Assembly: GCA_964462525.1 (NCBI GenBank)
Contig: CAYWWY010000001.1
Location: forward strand, 278,950 to 342,949
Direction: 5' to 3'
From: an uncultured Thermotogaceae bacterium
Lineage (GTDB): Bacteria > Thermotogota > Thermotogae > MWEM01
Length of the DNA stretch: 64,000 nt
The position numbers and the translations under genes are program-made. This document shows, in pieces, positions 36,365-46,222 of this stretch; position 1 is the stretch's first letter; each line of letters begins with the position of its first letter. The notes beneath the pieces were generated by a model. That model did no database searches. It was not told the DNA's origin and saw only the letters and a program-made list of their open reading frames with translations.

Positions 36365-36484
36365 GGAAACGGTTCCACTGTGGTTTTATTCCCTTCGGAT
36401 GGGCTGTGGTTTCGAAATCCCATTTACAAAGGAGGAAAGCGATGACATACAGACAGTCTATGATCCGCACTTTGGGTGATCCTC

Positions 36485-37558
36485 ATGGCTAAAGCTTCTA
36501 AGATGTCTCGTTTGTCGAAAAACGAGCAAAGACTGGCGTATCGTTTATTGCTTCCCTCGTTTATCATTCTTGCCGTTATCGCTTTTTATCCCCTTTTTCA
36601 GGTATTCTATACCAGTTTTACTGACCGCGTTTTCGCTAGCCAACGTGAAGTTCAGTTTGTTGGATTTGACAATTACTTCTCCTTATTGGGAATGACAATT
36701 GCTGAGCTTCCCCCGATAATTGATGAAGAAACTGGTGAACACCTAAGGGACCCGAATACAGGAGAGTACCTTTATGAACGACCTATCCGGGTCTTACCCA
36801 GACAACCCGTGCGGTATCGGGAAGTTTCTCAGTTTTCTTGGTTTGGGAAGAGATATGTTTTTGGAGCGAGAGATCCGATCTTCATCGATGCGATTGGTAA
36901 TACACTCGTGTTTACTTTTTTTTCCGTTATCCTGGAAACTCTCCTTGGGCTCGGTATTGCTATGGTTGTACACAGCCATTTTAAAGGAAGAGGCGCAATG
37001 CGTGCGGTAATGTTGGTTCCTTGGGCTGTAATCACAGTTGTATCCGCAAGGATTTGGCAGTGGATGTTAACCCCGAGCCGAGCTGGATTCTTTAATATGA
37101 TTATGAGTCATTTGGGTTTGTCCGACGGCCAAACGGCCTTTCTAACCGTCGAAGCGATGCAAATGCCCGTTATGATTGCTGTGGATGTCTGGAAAACCAC
37201 TCCTTTTATGGCTTTATTGATTCTAGCAGGGTTGCAAACTATTCCCGGAGAGCTATATGAAGCATGTCAGGTAGATGGCGCTAGCAAATTGCGAAGGTTT
37301 TTCTCAATTACTCTACCCATGGTAAAGCCAGCATTGTTTGTAGCTTTAATCTTTCGCACTCTAGATGCTTTACGGGTGTTTGATGTATTCCAGGTTCTTC
37401 TCGGAAATCGAAGGTATTCAATGGCCAGCTACAACTATTTCCAACTGATTGGCAACCGGAATATGGGCCTTGCTTCCGCTATCGGTGTGATCATCTTCAT
37501 ATTTATCTTTGTGTTCGCGATTCTGTACATCCGTGCGATGGGGGTGGACGAAGAATGA
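36485..37558 (+). CDS. carbohydrate ABC transporter permease (MalF/ThuF-like)
   Basis: Six TM segments with a long periplasmic insertion. EAA motif EACQVDGASKLRRFFSITLPMVKP. ATG 36485 is preceded by GGTGATCC (complementary to the 16S 3' tail). GTG 36476 is the alternative start. Confidence 0.85.
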   Translation: MAKASKMSRLSKNEQRLAYRLLLPSFIILAVIAFYPLFQVFYTSFTDRVFASQREVQFVGFDNYFSLLGMTIAELPPIIDEETGEHLRDPNTGEYLYERPIRVLPRQPVRYREVSQFSWFGKRYVFGARDPIFIDAIGNTLVFTFFSVILETLLGLGIAMVVHSHFKGRGAMRAVMLVPWAVITVVSARIWQWMLTPSRAGFFNMIMSHLGLSDGQTAFLTVEAMQMPVMIAVDVWKTTPFMALLILAGLQTIPGELYEACQVDGASKLRRFFSITLPMVKPALFVALIFRTLDALRVFDVFQVLLGNRRYSMASYNYFQLIGNRNMGLASAIGVIIFIFIFVFAILYIRAMGVDEE

Positions 37559-38424
37559 AGATGTCCAAAAAAGCCAAAAGATCCGTAGGGAAGACGCTTT
37601 TTTATATCCTAATAATTTTCATCTTTATCTATATGCTTTTCCCCTTCTATTGGGCCGTAAACTCTTCCTTTAAATCCGAAGACCAACTCATGATGACCCC
37701 AGCAACTTGGGTCCCTCGTGACACACAAGGAAATTTTGCTCCGTATTTCCAAAACTACATCGCTGTTTTCCAAGATGGGCAGTTCGTACGAGCAATATGG
37801 AACAGCACCTTGGTAGCAGGTTTGACTACCCTATTCGCATTGTCGATCGGCTCTTTTGCTGCTTTTGCGCTTGGAAAACTTCGGTTTCGTGGTAGAAAAC
37901 CCAGTCTGTATTTGATTTTGGCTATGACTATGTTTCCGCAAGTAACTGTTCTCGCTGGTTTGTATGCGGTTATTACTACGTTAAATTTGCCAACGCATCT
38001 TAGTATGATCCTATCCTATATGATTTTTACTCTTCCCTTTACCACATGGGTAATGACCGCCTTTTTTAAGAAACTCCCTACAGAAATAATGCAATCCGCT
38101 TGGGTCGATGGCGCCAGTCCATTCCAGACCTTTTATATGATCCTATTGCCATTGACTGCCCCAGCTTTAGTCACCACTGGATTGCTTGCTTTCATTGCGG
38201 CTTGGAATGAGTACCTTTTCGCGCTGACCTTCACCTCCATTGATCCATCCGCGCGGACCATTCCTGTAGCAATATCGCTCTTTGGTGGTTCTGTGGCTCG
38301 TCAAGAACCGTTTGGTGAGATCATGGCTGCTGCTGTTGTGGTAACAATTCCTGTCGTACTTTTGGTCTTGATTTTCCAAAGGAAGATTGTTGCTGGATTA
38401 ACGGCAGGCGCTGTGAAAGGCTAG
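37555..38424 (+). CDS. carbohydrate ABC transporter permease (MalG/ThuG-like)
   Basis: EAA motif QSAWVDGASPFQTFYMILLPLTAP. 4-nt ATGA overlap with the upstream permease. Confidence 0.9.
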   Translation: MKMSKKAKRSVGKTLFYILIIFIFIYMLFPFYWAVNSSFKSEDQLMMTPATWVPRDTQGNFAPYFQNYIAVFQDGQFVRAIWNSTLVAGLTTLFALSIGSFAAFALGKLRFRGRKPSLYLILAMTMFPQVTVLAGLYAVITTLNLPTHLSMILSYMIFTLPFTTWVMTAFFKKLPTEIMQSAWVDGASPFQTFYMILLPLTAPALVTTGLLAFIAAWNEYLFALTFTSIDPSARTIPVAISLFGGSVARQEPFGEIMAAAVVVTIPVVLLVLIFQRKIVAGLTAGAVKG

Positions 38425-38502
38425 TACCAATATCTACAATTGAATGATCCATTGTGGAAAATAGATGCTTCACCATCTTGAATAAAAGAAGGAGGTACAA
38501 AC

Positions 38503-39765
38503 ATGAGAAAGTTGGTAATCGTCGTATTGGCCCTGTGTGTTTCTCTCGCAGTCATGGGGCAAACTGTTATCACCGTAGCGGCTGGCGCAGTTGGTATTGA
38601 ACTAGAACTCGCGAGAAAGGCTGCCGAACATTACATGAAGATCAATCCAGATGTAACCGTTCGGGTGCTTGACACTCCGGACATGGTGCAGGATCGGTTG
38701 GGTCTCTACTTACAGTTCTTTGAAGCTCGGAGCCCTGAAGTTGATGTCTACCAAATTGACGTGATTTGGCCCGGTGACTTGGCTGAGCACTTTGTCGACC
38801 TGTACGATTATGGCGCAGAACGTCTTGTAAGCATGCATTTCCCAGCAATCGTAGAGAACAACACAGTTGACGGTAGGCTCGTAGGGATTCCTTGGTTTAC
38901 CGATGCTGGGTTGTTGTACTACAGAACAGATCTGCTGCAGAAGTATAATCTGAATCCTCCGAAAACATGGGATGAATTGGAACGAACAGCAAAAATCATC
39001 CAAGATGGGGAACGAGCTGCTGGGAATCGAGATTTTTGGGGATTTGTTTGGCAAGGAAACGCCTATGAAGGGTTGACTTGCGATGCCCTGGAATGGTTAG
39101 CGTCTAATGATGGTGGGACGATCATCTCTCCTGACGGTGTCATTACGGTGAACAATCCCAACGCAGTCGAGATTCTTCAAAAAGCAAGAGGGTGGATTGG
39201 AACAATCTCTCCTCCCGGAGTTCTCGGAATGGCTGAAGAAGAATCCAGAGCCGTATGGCAAGCGGGAAATGCAGCTTTTATGAGAAACTGGCCCTATGCT
39301 TATAGTTTAGGACATGCTGCGGATTCTGTCATTCGCGGCAAGTTTGACGTTTCTCCCCTTCCCGCAGGTCGAAGTGGCGCTGGAGCAGCAACGCTTGGCG
39401 GTTGGCAGCTGGCTGTCAGCAAATACAGCAGAAACCCAGCTATCGCAGCTGAAGTGGCGTTCTTCTTTGCCTCTTATGAAATGCAGAAAGACCGAGCAAT
39501 TGTTGGATCCTATAACCCGACAATCATGGCGCTTTACGCAGACCCTGAAGTGCTGAAAGCTACTCCATTCTTTGGCAGTCTTTATGATGTTTTCATCAAT
39601 GCTGTGGCGCGACCATCAACTGCAACCGCTCCAAATTACAACGAAGTATCAACACTCTTCTTCCGAGCCGTTCATTCCGTTCTTCGAGGAGACAAACGAG
39701 CTATGGACGCATTGGAAGAGTTGGAACTCGATTTGGAAGATTTAACAGGGTTTCCTGTGCATTAA
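38503..39765 (+). CDS. extracellular solute-binding protein, trehalose/maltose-binding (TMBP/ThuE-like)
   Basis: Signal peptide. Blocks TDAGLLYYRTDLLQKYNLNPPKTWDELE, FWGFVWQGNAYEGLTCDALEW, GNAAFMRNWPYAY and AATLGGWQLAVSKYS match my recollection of the Thermococcus litoralis TMBP / rhizobial ThuE family. SD GAAGGAGG. Confidence 0.85.
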   Translation: MRKLVIVVLALCVSLAVMGQTVITVAAGAVGIELELARKAAEHYMKINPDVTVRVLDTPDMVQDRLGLYLQFFEARSPEVDVYQIDVIWPGDLAEHFVDLYDYGAERLVSMHFPAIVENNTVDGRLVGIPWFTDAGLLYYRTDLLQKYNLNPPKTWDELERTAKIIQDGERAAGNRDFWGFVWQGNAYEGLTCDALEWLASNDGGTIISPDGVITVNNPNAVEILQKARGWIGTISPPGVLGMAEEESRAVWQAGNAAFMRNWPYAYSLGHAADSVIRGKFDVSPLPAGRSGAGAATLGGWQLAVSKYSRNPAIAAEVAFFFASYEMQKDRAIVGSYNPTIMALYADPEVLKATPFFGSLYDVFINAVARPSTATAPNYNEVSTLFFRAVHSVLRGDKRAMDALEELELDLEDLTGFPVH

Positions 39766-39790
39766 TTTCTAGATAGGAAAATGGATCTTA

Positions 39791-39826
39791 TAGGGCTACA
39801 TCGGTCTACGTTGTAGCCCTATTTTC
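39791..39826 (+). terminator. rho-independent terminator after the sugar ABC operon
   Basis: TAGGGCTACA, an 11-nt loop and TGTAGCCCTA, followed by TTTTC. Confidence 0.7.
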
Positions 39827-39903
39827 TCCAAGTTCGGAACTCTTGTTTTTTCCAAAACACGGAATCGAAATCCTTTATAGTTTCGCGGGGTATCTGATCC
39901 ATT

Positions 39904-40647
39904 CTACTGAGAAACCAAAAGGATCCGATGCGCGGCGTTTTCAGGGATAGGCAATTGATCGATGGTCGCTCCAACAAACGCGATCGGATTAGGAGGGATC
40001 CATTTTGACTTTTCGTCTTGCCACATAGCAATCTCTTCAATCACAACCAAATTTTTGTATGCTTTTTGAAGAATGATAAGGTCTTCACGAGTAATTGGAA
40101 TCACTCCCGTTCGCCCGGAAAACATATCTGAAGCGCTATTATATGTTTCCAATTGAATCCCATGAAGATAGAGTTCTTGTGCTACATATTTAATTACAGG
40201 AACCCAATGCTCTGCAGGGCTATAACCGGGGATCGAACCCACATACTTGAAATCCCGGTCAAAGAATACAGAAGCGGGCGTTCCTCGAATCCCGAAGATT
40301 CCAAATAGTTCTTCATATGAATACAATGGCGCTGCATCATCATACCTGCCTGTTTCTATATCCAACCTTCCTCTGAGAGTACGATCCGCAAAAATCTCGA
40401 CCACCACAAACTCCCGCCCATGAATTGCCATAACATCCGGGTCTTGAAATGTCTCGTTTATCAGCAACGAGCAAAAAAAGCAATTCCTACTGCTGAAAAC
40501 AACGATTACCCCTTTATTCATGATCCGCGCAGCTTCAAATGCAAGATCGAACTGATTGATTAAAATGGTTGTGTTTGAATAGACAGCTTGTACCCAAGCA
40601 AAAAGCATAATAGCAGTCATTCCGATTAACAGAACCTTTCGCCTCAC
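39904..40647 (-). CDS. membrane-anchored thioredoxin-fold protein (CxxC) with additional C-terminal domain
   Basis: GTG 40647 (VRRKVLLIGMTAIMLFAWV, signal anchor) lies 7 nt after GGGAGG and just after the ccdA stop. Redox motif VVFSSRNCFFCSLL. Confidence 0.6.
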   Translation of the reverse strand: MRRKVLLIGMTAIMLFAWVQAVYSNTTILINQFDLAFEAARIMNKGVIVVFSSRNCFFCSLLINETFQDPDVMAIHGREFVVVEIFADRTLRGRLDIETGRYDDAAPLYSYEELFGIFGIRGTPASVFFDRDFKYVGSIPGYSPAEHWVPVIKYVAQELYLHGIQLETYNSASDMFSGRTGVIPITREDLIILQKAYKNLVVIEEIAMWQDEKSKWIPPNPIAFVGATIDQLPIPENAAHRILLVSQ

Positions 40648-40660
40648 GATCAAACCTCCC

Positions 40661-41344
40661 TTATCCGAATTGAAACGCATTCAGCAAACCTGTAATCATG
40701 AGTATACCAACAATAATCAGCAATACGCCTCCCACCCAGCGGAATGCTTTTTCATGATTCATGATCCAAGGGATCCAACGGTACAGTATCGATATAAAGA
40801 CGGAAACTAAAAAAAGAGGGATGCTGAATCCAAGCGCGTATACCGCCAGCAAAGCAGATCCCCTTGAAAGGCTTCCTGATTGGGCAGCAATGGTTAGAAT
40901 CGATCCCAGCACTGGGCTTACACAAGGAGCCCAAACAAAGGAAATAACGACTCCCATGAAAAAGGCACCCCAAAACCCTTTCACTTTTCTCGTTGGGGAA
41001 ATACGCACGAGTTGAAAGCGAGGCAGTCGAAACCATCCAAGATATGCACAACCAAGTAGAATAATAACGCTTCCACCAATCCAGGAAACCCAATGTTCAA
41101 CCTGAATGAAAAAGGAACCAAATGCCCCAGTCAAGGCACCCAAAAGGACGAAAACCAATGAGAGCCCGAAAACAAATCCAAACCCTCTCCAAACGCGGTC
41201 CCATTTTTCTCTTGTTCCTCCCATTAGGTACCCAATAAATCCTGGCATTACAGGGAATATGCATGGAGAAAAGAAACTGAGCAATCCACCGACAAACGCT
41301 GCGGAAAAGCGTACTGATGCCACAAAAGCAAAAGATCCTTCCAT
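40661..41344 (-). CDS. ccdA: cytochrome c biogenesis / thiol-disulfide electron transfer membrane protein CcdA (DsbD core family)
   Basis: Two conserved Cys-Pro motifs, FFSPCIFPVMPGF and WAPCVSPVLG. Six TM helices. SD GGAGGAA. Confidence 0.85.
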   Translation of the reverse strand: MEGSFAFVASVRFSAAFVGGLLSFFSPCIFPVMPGFIGYLMGGTREKWDRVWRGFGFVFGLSLVFVLLGALTGAFGSFFIQVEHWVSWIGGSVIILLGCAYLGWFRLPRFQLVRISPTRKVKGFWGAFFMGVVISFVWAPCVSPVLGSILTIAAQSGSLSRGSALLAVYALGFSIPLFLVSVFISILYRWIPWIMNHEKAFRWVGGVLLIIVGILMITGLLNAFQFG

Positions 41345-41375
41345 AGGTTTCCTCCATTTACCTAACTTATTTTAT

Positions 41376-41392
41376 ATACCCCATTGGGGTAT
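41376..41392. promoter_or_regulatory. perfect 8+1+8 palindrome, candidate repressor operator upstream of ccdA
   Basis: ATACCCCA-T-TGGGGTAT, 32-48 nt upstream of the ccdA start codon in the 81-nt rluD-ccdA gap. Confidence 0.4.
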
Positions 41393-41425
41393 TTAAAAGA
41401 TTGACGAGAAGTCATCCGGTATTAT

Positions 41426-42406
41426 TTAATCGGTTGGGGAAAGATTTCGATAGGCCTTTCTTAAAAAGGATGATAGGTCTGCGGGTATTGGAGCGGTAAA
41501 TTCCATCCATTGGTTTGAGGTAGGATGGAATATCCCTAACCGCACAGCATGAAGCATCTGCCTTTGGACATGAAATATGTTCGCGTCGGAAAGGTCTCCA
41601 TATAAATAATCACCAACAATCGGATGATTGATGGATTTGAAGTGAACACGAATCTGATGCATTCTTCCAGTTCGAATTCGTACGAATACCAATGAAATCT
41701 TCTGCTGGATTTCCAACAAAACTTTCCAGCTGGTAAATGATTCTTTTCCTTCTTCATTGACCATCATTTTCAACCGATTATTTGGGCTTCTTGAAAGAGG
41801 TCTTTCGATTGTACCTTCTTTTGATGATAAGATCCCCTTAACCAAAGCAAAATACTCTTTCTTGGTTTTTCTAAACCGGAATTGATTGGAAAGATAGTGG
41901 TGAGCGTTGATGTTTTTGGCAACAACCATGACCCCGGATGTATCCTTATCCAATCGGTGAACGATTCCGGGTCGAACCCCTTGATCGGCCCATTGAAAAT
42001 CTTGACAATGGAAAAGCAGTGCGTTTACAAGTGTTCCTGTAGTTTTGTGAGGGACTGGATGAACAATCATCCCGGGAGGTTTGTTAATCACAACAAGATC
42101 GGGGTCCTCATAGACGATTGATATCGGAAGGTTTTCAGGCAAGATTTCGGTTATAGGGGGGGTAGGAACTTCAATAGAGACGACATCGTTTTCTTGAACC
42201 AGATAAGCCGGTTTTTTTTGGGTCCCTTCTACGAGGACTTTTTTTTCTTTAATCGCTCTCTGAATCATGGTCCGAGAAATCCAAGAAGGTACCATGCAAA
42301 CAAGAAACTTGTCTAACCGATTCTTCGCATAGCTCGGAGTGACACGGAATTCGAGGATCTCTTGGTTTATGGAATTTGATTCCCGGGTTTCATTCGCATG
42401 AGTCAT
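41426..42406 (-). CDS. rluD: RluA-family 23S rRNA pseudouridine synthase (RluD-like) with S4 domain
   Basis: S4 motif RLDKFLV and catalytic HRLDKDTSGVMVVAK. 4-nt overlap with the smc stop. Confidence 0.9.
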   Translation of the reverse strand: MTHANETRESNSINQEILEFRVTPSYAKNRLDKFLVCMVPSWISRTMIQRAIKEKKVLVEGTQKKPAYLVQENDVVSIEVPTPPITEILPENLPISIVYEDPDLVVINKPPGMIVHPVPHKTTGTLVNALLFHCQDFQWADQGVRPGIVHRLDKDTSGVMVVAKNINAHHYLSNQFRFRKTKKEYFALVKGILSSKEGTIERPLSRSPNNRLKMMVNEEGKESFTSWKVLLEIQQKISLVFVRIRTGRMHQIRVHFKSINHPIVGDYLYGDLSDANIFHVQRQMLHAVRLGIFHPTSNQWMEFTAPIPADLSSFLRKAYRNLSPTD

Positions 42407-45400
42407 ACCGCATACTGTTCCAACTCGACGGACATTACCATTGATACACCATGAGACTGGGTGATTCCATACATCCGATCCGCTACTTCCATAACAAGCT
42501 TGTTGTGTGTTATTACGATGAATTGAGCAATCCCTTTATATTTTTCCACAAGCAATTTCAGTCTTTCTGCATTAAAGTCATCAAGAGCTGCGTCGACTTC
42601 ATCCAAGATATAAAAAGGACTGGGATTGATTCGCAGCATGGCAAATACGAGAGCAATTCCCACGAGAGATTTTTCACCCCCAGATAGAAGATACATTTTT
42701 TGCAGTTTCTTTCCCGGCCGACGAACGACGATTTCAATGCCTGTTTCTAGTATGTCTTCATGAGGGATTAATCGGAGTTCACCAGTTCCTCCTCCAAAAA
42801 GAGTCCCGATCATCTCATTGAAATTTTCGTTGATCTGCTGGAGGGTTTTCAAGAAGATCTCTTTTGCTTCATGATCTGTTTTCTCCAAAAGCTCTTCAAG
42901 GGATTTTTTGGCGGTCAGAAGGTCAACTTGCTGATTCGACATATCCGTATGCCGATGGTCAACATCATTATATTCATCGATTGCTGTCAGATCAACATTC
43001 CCCAAGTATTTTATCTTTTTTTCCAAATCCCGGACAATTTCCTCTAATTGGTTCACATGATCCAACTCATCAATGCGATCGAATAATTCATCTTCCGTTA
43101 TCCCTGCATGTCTCATTCGATCGTGTAGCGTCTGGTACCGGAATTCCAATTGCTGATTCTGAAGATCGGCCTGATGACTCTTTTCTCGCACTTCTTCCCT
43201 TTGCTCCTTTAATCCGGTCAGTTCTTTTTCCAAGTCATGGATTTGTTGTGTTTTCTGTTGTCGATCTTGCTGTTGATCTTTGAGACTGGCAAAAAGGGTT
43301 TCCATCTCTTTTTTCAATGATTGGAGTTCTGTGTTTAGTTCTTGGATTTTTTCTCTTTGCTCTCCAATCTCATGTTCCAGCTCTTTTTTTCGAATTTTCA
43401 ACACGTCGGTATCTTCAATGGATCCCTCCAAATCGGATTGAATATCTTTGATCTCTTGATTGTATTGGCGTTCCCGCTCTTGAAGGGTATTTTGGTTCAA
43501 ACGAACTCCGTCGATCTCAGATTGCAATTCTGCGATCCGTTGTTTCTGCTCTTTAATAATTTCGGACGACTGGAAAAATTCGGTTTCAATTTGGTGACTT
43601 TCGGTTTGAATCTCTGCCATTCGAGCAGCAATCTGCTCTCTTCTCGCTTGTGCCCCTTCCATTTTCGCCATATAGTCAATCCGTAGACTCTCTAATTGGT
43701 CTGTTTCCTTCTCCAATTCAGCAATCGCAGAAGTGAGTTCTTGAACCGTTCTTTTTATGGATGCGTTTTTCATCATAATTTCATTTAATTGGCCTTCTAA
43801 ATGATTCCTGAGCTGTGTAGCTTCGTTTTTTTCCTGAATCATCTTTTTTTCTTTTCTTTGGGCTTGGTCCATCTGGTTTTGAAGGGTTTCGATCTCTTCA
43901 GACACTTCTTGAAGCCTCCGGTTTCTGGCTAATAAGGAAGTGCGAGAATCAACTTGGTAGCTCCCTCCTGTAATCGCCCCGCGAGAAGCAATCATTTGAC
44001 CGTCTAAAGACACCATCGGATTTTTGAGTCCTTTGGTTTTCCTCAGTTCCAGTCCATCTTCTAACGTCTTTACAACTACAGTATCTCCAAACAAAAAGGT
44101 GGGAAGAATTGAAAACTCCTCCCCTACTTTTACTAGATCAGTGGCATATCCAACAAATCCTGGATGCTTTTGTAGAGCAGTGTTGACAACTACAGGGCGA
44201 TAATCGAGTGTATCAAGAGGGAGAAAAGTGGCGCGACCAAGATGGTTCTCTTTTAATATTTGAACAGCATGCTTGGCTGTATCCGTATCGACTGTAACAA
44301 TATTTTGCGATCGAGCGCCAAGAATCACTTCTAAAGCTATCTCGTATTGTGGATCTACTTCGAGAATGTTTGCTACAATATCGATCATATTGCGAAGAAG
44401 CGGATCGTTCTCTTTGGCTTGGAACAGAGCTTTGACAGGACGGTTAAATCCAGTGAATTCTCTAATTTGCCGGTCAATGACTGCTTTTTCTGCTTCCAGG
44501 TGTTTCAGGTTTTGCATCATCTCATACCGCTGATTCTCTAGCGCTCTTAGGGATTGTTCGATATCATGGACTTTCGTTCGAACTTCTTGGAGCATCTGCA
44601 AGGTGATTTCTTCCTCTTGAGATCCCAAAACACTATGCTCTCGCAATTCATTGAGTTCCTGATTCATCCCGTCCAATCGGTGGCTTTTCGACTCTATTTG
44701 ACTCTGTAATACCGTAAGCCGTTTCTCATGGTCTTCCATCATATCTTTCAACCGTTGGTCCTCATTGTCTAGCTTTCCTGTTTCCTTTTCGTTTCTGTTC
44801 AGGACATCCTGAAGTTCCATCATTTTCTGTTGGTCTTCTGAGTAATCACCCAGAATCGATTCTTTCTGTTCTTCTAGCTCCTCCAACTTGTGAGTGACCA
44901 TTTGGAGATCGTCCATAAGAGTCTTGTAGATCCGTGATACCTCTTCTTTTCTTTGCACGGATTTATGTCGGTTTTGTTCCATTTGGTCCAACCGTGTTGT
45001 TGTCTCGACAAAAGCCGTTTCTCGGTCGGAAAGTTTTGCTTGAAAGATTTCGCGGAGTTCGTTCAGATGGTTTTGCCTTTGCTTGTGTTCTTCAAGGATT
45101 CCCGTAAAACATTGCGCTTCATGATCTACTTGGGAAAAGGCTTCGCGAAGTTGATTCCAACGGGATTCTACTTGGATCAGTGTTTTCTGGATTTCTTTCA
45201 TTTTCTCATGATCTTGATCGTTTTGGCGATCCAAAGATAAGCGCGCGCTGTTAATCTCACTCTGTATGTTCGAAAAAAGGGAAAGCTGGTGTACCTTAAG
45301 ATCTTTTGAGTATTCCTGATACTTTTCTGCCCGTTTGGCTTTTAAGTATAAGGACTTTTTTTGCTTGTCCAACTCATCCAAGATGTCTTGGAGGCGGGTT

Positions 45401-45945
45401 ATGTTTTCTTCGGTTACCGTTAAGCGGGATAATGTCTCTTTCTTTCTTTGTTTGTAGATTGCAATCCCCGCAGCCTCTTCGATAAGCAGTCGAATTTCTT
45501 CCGGGGAACTGTTCAAAATTTTATCTATTCTTCCCTGGCCTACAATGGAATAGAGTTCTTTCCCGGCCCCTGTTCCCGCAAATAATTCTTTTATATCTTT
45601 GAGTCTCACTTTTTCATCGTTTATGATGTACGTATTTTTTCCATCACGCGTCAACTCTCTTGTTACTTCAATGATGCTTGCATCTTTTTTTCTAAAGGAT
45701 AGAGTAACGCAAGCAGTTGAAGAGGCGGATAAGCCATCGCTTCCGGCAAAAAGAACATCGGAGCGTTCGTTTGCTCGGATATTTTTTAATGACTGTTCCC
45801 CAAACAACCACAAAATTGCGTCGACAATGTTTGATTTCCCGCTGCCATTCGGACCTACAATGGAAGTGATACCTTCGGAAAGACGTAAAGAAATGGGTCT
45901 AGCGAAAGATTTGAACCCAGATAATCTGATTTCTTCCAAATTCAT
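42403..45945 (-). CDS. smc: chromosome segregation protein SMC
   Basis: Walker A GPNGSGKSNIVDAILW, long coiled coils flanking a hinge, signature LSGGEKSLVGIALVFA and Walker B FYILDEVDAALD. Start ATG 45945 (MNLEEIRLSGFKSF) lies behind a G-rich SD. Confidence 0.95.
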   Translation of the reverse strand: MNLEEIRLSGFKSFARPISLRLSEGITSIVGPNGSGKSNIVDAILWLFGEQSLKNIRANERSDVLFAGSDGLSASSTACVTLSFRKKDASIIEVTRELTRDGKNTYIINDEKVRLKDIKELFAGTGAGKELYSIVGQGRIDKILNSSPEEIRLLIEEAAGIAIYKQRKKETLSRLTVTEENITRLQDILDELDKQKKSLYLKAKRAEKYQEYSKDLKVHQLSLFSNIQSEINSARLSLDRQNDQDHEKMKEIQKTLIQVESRWNQLREAFSQVDHEAQCFTGILEEHKQRQNHLNELREIFQAKLSDRETAFVETTTRLDQMEQNRHKSVQRKEEVSRIYKTLMDDLQMVTHKLEELEEQKESILGDYSEDQQKMMELQDVLNRNEKETGKLDNEDQRLKDMMEDHEKRLTVLQSQIESKSHRLDGMNQELNELREHSVLGSQEEEITLQMLQEVRTKVHDIEQSLRALENQRYEMMQNLKHLEAEKAVIDRQIREFTGFNRPVKALFQAKENDPLLRNMIDIVANILEVDPQYEIALEVILGARSQNIVTVDTDTAKHAVQILKENHLGRATFLPLDTLDYRPVVVNTALQKHPGFVGYATDLVKVGEEFSILPTFLFGDTVVVKTLEDGLELRKTKGLKNPMVSLDGQMIASRGAITGGSYQVDSRTSLLARNRRLQEVSEEIETLQNQMDQAQRKEKKMIQEKNEATQLRNHLEGQLNEIMMKNASIKRTVQELTSAIAELEKETDQLESLRIDYMAKMEGAQARREQIAARMAEIQTESHQIETEFFQSSEIIKEQKQRIAELQSEIDGVRLNQNTLQERERQYNQEIKDIQSDLEGSIEDTDVLKIRKKELEHEIGEQREKIQELNTELQSLKKEMETLFASLKDQQQDRQQKTQQIHDLEKELTGLKEQREEVREKSHQADLQNQQLEFRYQTLHDRMRHAGITEDELFDRIDELDHVNQLEEIVRDLEKKIKYLGNVDLTAIDEYNDVDHRHTDMSNQQVDLLTAKKSLEELLEKTDHEAKEIFLKTLQQINENFNEMIGTLFGGGTGELRLIPHEDILETGIEIVVRRPGKKLQKMYLLSGGEKSLVGIALVFAMLRINPSPFYILDEVDAALDDFNAERLKLLVEKYKGIAQFIVITHNKLVMEVADRMYGITQSHGVSMVMSVELEQYAV

Positions 45946-46130
45946 AGGAACGCCCCCCCAAAATAAAACCGGAACCAAACAAGAATACCCCTCACAGCGG
46001 ATTATACCACGAACCGTACCGGTTTTTCAACTTTTTCCGCGCAATGAATCTCATTTCCTAGTTATCGGATTAAACCATTGTCTTTTGGGTTCCTTTTTTT
46101 CTGCAATCAAGTGGCACGTCCGTTTTCTCT

Positions 46131-46159
46131 GCTGGAAAAGATGTGGGATATGGTATAAT
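46131..46159 (+). promoter_or_regulatory. candidate extended -10 promoter of pullulanase gene
   Basis: TGGTATAAT at 46151-46159 (TGn + TATAAT) with a weak -35-like CTGGAA. It lies about 65 nt upstream of the pulA ATG. Confidence 0.4.
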
Positions 46160-46222
46160 TTTCTATCTTTCGGATCTGCTGAAAATAGAAACCAAAAAAA
46201 GGCGTAATAAGGAGGTGTTCGG

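Noticed and set aside
36295-36492. 65-aa plus-strand ORF upstream of the permease.
   Set aside because: As a whole it spans the predicted promoter and has no start context. Only its last 16 codons, which have a strong SD, are kept as a low-interest finding.
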